NCBI GenBank assembly: GCA_048013815.1
Contig: CM106586.1
Location: 20,956,001-21,020,000, forward strand
Direction of reading: 5' to 3'
Source: Setoptus koraiensis
Lineage: Eukaryota; Animalia; Arthropoda
Length of the DNA: 64,000 bases
Shown piece after piece: positions 61,272 through 64,000 of this stretch (position 1 is the first letter of the stretch; the number at the start of each line of letters is the position of its first letter). The notes under the pieces were generated by a model that saw only the letters and a program-made list of their open reading frames with translations, was not told the DNA's origin and ran no database searches. The translations under genes were made by a program, and so were the position numbers.

Positions 61272-61498
61272 ATTACATACTATCAACGAGCTGTGGTGGA
61301 TACTGGGAAGTTTGCGGCGGAGTGCCACCTCTAGCCGACGATGGATATGGATGCTTCTACAGCATTGAGGACCATCGGATGACGTTCACGTGCACTGCCT
61401 ACAAGACGTGTCCAACTACCGATGTGCACCAGTTTTATTCGTCTCTAACTAGATCACTATTGGACATGCAGAAAATTCTCATTTCGAACAAATTATAA
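61272..61498 (+). CDS. CROT: CROT exon 3 (STS motif; C-terminal NKL; total 646 aa)
   Basis: YILSTSCGGY..DGYGCFYSIEDHR..C.A.K.CPTTD resembles the CROT C-terminus. Ends ISNKL*; AATAAA at 61572. Confidence 0.9.
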
Positions 61499-62581
61499 TC
61501 TCACACAACCACTCGAAGCAACTAACAATTCCTACATTCCCCTATCACAAACAACTCGATAATGAGCCTGCAATAAAACGATAACTCAATAGCTCATTAT
61601 ATAGATAGTCACTCATAGTATAATTATGATGTTATAATCGTTTTGACAAATGTCGCTGATTTAATGATCTACGACTATGACGCGTGACAGCAACACTGAC
61701 TGAGGCGAGAAAAAGCGTTTCCGTTTCAGATAATAGTTGTCTCAGCTATCGCTCGTTAATTCAGTTTGTTGTTCGTTAGTTGCGCCTATATAAATTCCAC
61801 ATCCATTTTTCATTTCTTTTCAAGAACCCTAATGATCATTCGTATGTTTCGTAGGGACAACGAGACATTCAGCTCTCTACTATACGCCTATAAAGGCACG
61901 GGGCAATATCACCATCATTAATCTGTCACTGTTGACGTCTAACGTCCGATTTACAACGACACCGAACCATGCGGTCTGACCATGCGCGTATAACGGCCAA
62001 CCAGGGGCTGCCTAGACTGATGACATAACAGCAAATAGTGTGAGCTCGCAATTTAAGCGAGGAACATGAATTCGTTATTGGGGCGCTCGATTGATTTGAG
62101 CGCATCTTAAAATTTGCTTTCACAAGCAATCCAGTCCATGTTTGTTTACCATCACTCAGAGCTTTATTTTTATTCCTTTCCCATCGAACAAACCCAAACA
62201 ATCCCACAGTTTACTCTGAGATAATGCCACAGATAAGCCACCCGAGGTCGGTCGGATAACTCGTGCCAATTCGAAGCCAGCTGCCGTGTTCTTACCTAGT
62301 GCCACTCGATGAATTCATATTTTTTCGCGCATTACACTTGAAAAGAAGAAAAATATCCATTAAAATTTTTTTATATTGCCCAGTTTAAGGGATGGGTGGG
62401 CGAAAGTGAGGAGCTCGTGCAAAGAGGGGCGCGTCTCTAAGTTGATTGAATGATAAGTGTTGACATAAGGCACGTTGTCGTTGTGGGCAACACCAGATTG
62501 CGCAAATAAGAGAGCGTCGTAACGGCTGCAGGGTGACGAGTGCAGTTCAATTATTCAAATGAGCTCATATGAAAAGAGAGG

Positions 62582-62584
<3 letters not shown>

Positions 62585-62658
<74 letters not shown>
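62585..62658. repeat. (AG)37 microsatellite upstream of the RFamide gene
   Basis: Direct reading. GAGA-factor-type tract (inference). Confidence 0.95.
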
Positions 62659-62662
<4 letters not shown>

Positions 62663-63257
62663 CACCAGTTTTAGCTGCTCTTGAACAAGCAGATGAAGGA
62701 AGAGTAAATTACGTAATGGCTGCTAAGACGAGCGAGCTTCTTAGATGGGGCCTTTTCGTCGTTTGAGATGGGCCAAATTGTAATTTGACAATTTCAAAGG
62801 CAGCTTCTGATGCATTAGCTTATCTTTAATGAGGCGCCGGTCAACTCTCCCCTGATTCGAGCCGCTCAATTTGAGCAGCCCGAATCAAACTGACCCAAGC
62901 CGGGTAGCAGTAGTTGCGCATTAAGGCTTCTCATCGAAACAAAATCGGGCAAAATCTCGTGCCATTGGCCTTTATATATCTGGCCATTCATTTGAAGGAT
63001 ATCTAGGCACTCATGTGAAGGATATGAACTCTTCATTTGAGGGCCCCTTTTAACTATCAAAAGAGCAACTGCCTCGAGCCGCACACGACTCATATAAACG
63101 AATTAAAAGGGACTATCGTTAATCGATTGGTTCATTCGACGCTAGCCTCCGAAGGAATCGAAAAGAACTAAAAAGAACTAAATCTCTTTCAATAAATCAT
63201 CACAATTTCGTTTTAATTCTACGTGAAGAACATACAGCTAAATAAAAAACAATCACT

Positions 63258-63339
63258 ATGGTTTCTGGCAAGCTTTACCTCGTGGTATTTCTGGTTGTGG
63301 TTTCCGTTATATCACAAGGTGAATGCGCCGAGGAATTGG
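63258..63339 (+). CDS. RFamide neuropeptide precursor, exon 1 (signal peptide)
   Basis: MVSGKLYLVVFLVVVSVISQGECAEEL lies in a different frame from listed ORF 63223. Phase-1 donor GTAAGT at 63340. Confidence 0.85.
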
Positions 63340-63430
63340 GTAAGTAACACACAGATTTGTCTAATCAGTAGCGAGATTGAAAAGAATCCTCCACTAACAT
63401 TGTTGCGCGTAATGCATCGCACCATCCAAG

Positions 63431-63606
63431 AAGATTTCTATGGCGACATTCAGCGAATCGATCCGAAGACTATGATCGACAAGGAAGACAAGACTGGACA
63501 GTATGGTTATGGGGACCCACTGTTATCTTCTCGATACTCAAGGGTACCCGTGTTCTTTCGGATAGCAAAGCCTGACAATACGTTATTTTATCGGTTTGGA
63601 CGATAA
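63431..63606 (+). CDS. RFamide neuropeptide precursor, exon 2 (total 85 aa; predicted IAKPDNTLFYRF-amide)
   Basis: CACTAAC branch candidate at ~63392-98. NAGNAG acceptor caAG/aAG at 63429-33, both phase-compatible. Ends ..FFR-IAKPDNTLFYRF-G-R*. Confidence 0.85.
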
Positions 63607-64000
63607 ATTTGGACCCGTGCTGTCGGGCTAACAGAGTACTTTCTCGAAATGAATGCAGTGGCATAATTATCTGATACAATTCGATATACTATTAGAATTG
63701 AAATATACTAAAGTCATGTCATCAAGTCTCGAGCTTATCATTATCATAGCTTAGTATTATTATATAATAAGATGCGGAGCATCATACATACATTACATAG
63801 TAACGTTGAATACATACAACGAATATGCATGACAAAATACTATTAGTATTATTATCTGTCGCCTCCATTATACATAGTTGTCTATCTGTCTGTCTGTCTC
63901 TCGCTATCTCTTATGAATAATATTAATATAATACTTGTGTGACACTAACAAATAATCATGAATAAACGAATCTAGCATGCAATCAAAATAAGCAAATAGA

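Noticed and set aside
62467-62490. miR-124-like start (TAAGGCACG)
   Set aside because: Only the 5' 9 nt match and no precursor stem is evident.
63223-63430. N-terminal half of listed ORF 63223-63606 (W/F-rich)
   Set aside because: Starts at GTG, is an off-frame reading of the real signal-peptide exon, and reads through the intron.

Overview
Eukaryotic (arthropod, probably mite-like; taxon is inference) genomic DNA. I found no prokaryotic features, rRNA, tRNA or CRISPR array. Eight protein-coding genes were assembled by hand from homology plus GT-AG splice-phase matching. (1) A 7-exon Plexin-B-like receptor (+, 4632-33159, ~2150 aa) has a complete Sema-PSI-IPT ectodomain and TM helix, but its cytoplasmic RasGAP/RBD module is replaced by a Ser/Asn/His-rich tail. 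(2) A single-exon PLEKHM1/Rubicon-family protein (-) carries only the RH domain. (3) A secreted, highly charged 296-aa orphan. (4) A secreted 254-aa protein with a 6-Cys module plus a Ca2+-type C2 domain. (5) klumpfuss (-, 3 exons, ~1869 aa) with only three zinc fingers. (6) An intronless, divergent heat-shock factor. (7) Peroxisomal carnitine O-octanoyltransferase. (8) An 85-aa RFamide prepropeptide that the ORF track mis-frames. The large introns and upstream regions of the two developmental genes are GC/CpG-rich and full of microsatellites, short tandem duplications and palindromes. The housekeeping blocks are AT-richer and compact. Several 3' splice sites have 160-250 nt AG-free zones with distant CTAAC/CTAAT branch-point candidates. 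Most short ORFs in the supplied track look like by-products of high GC and repeats.
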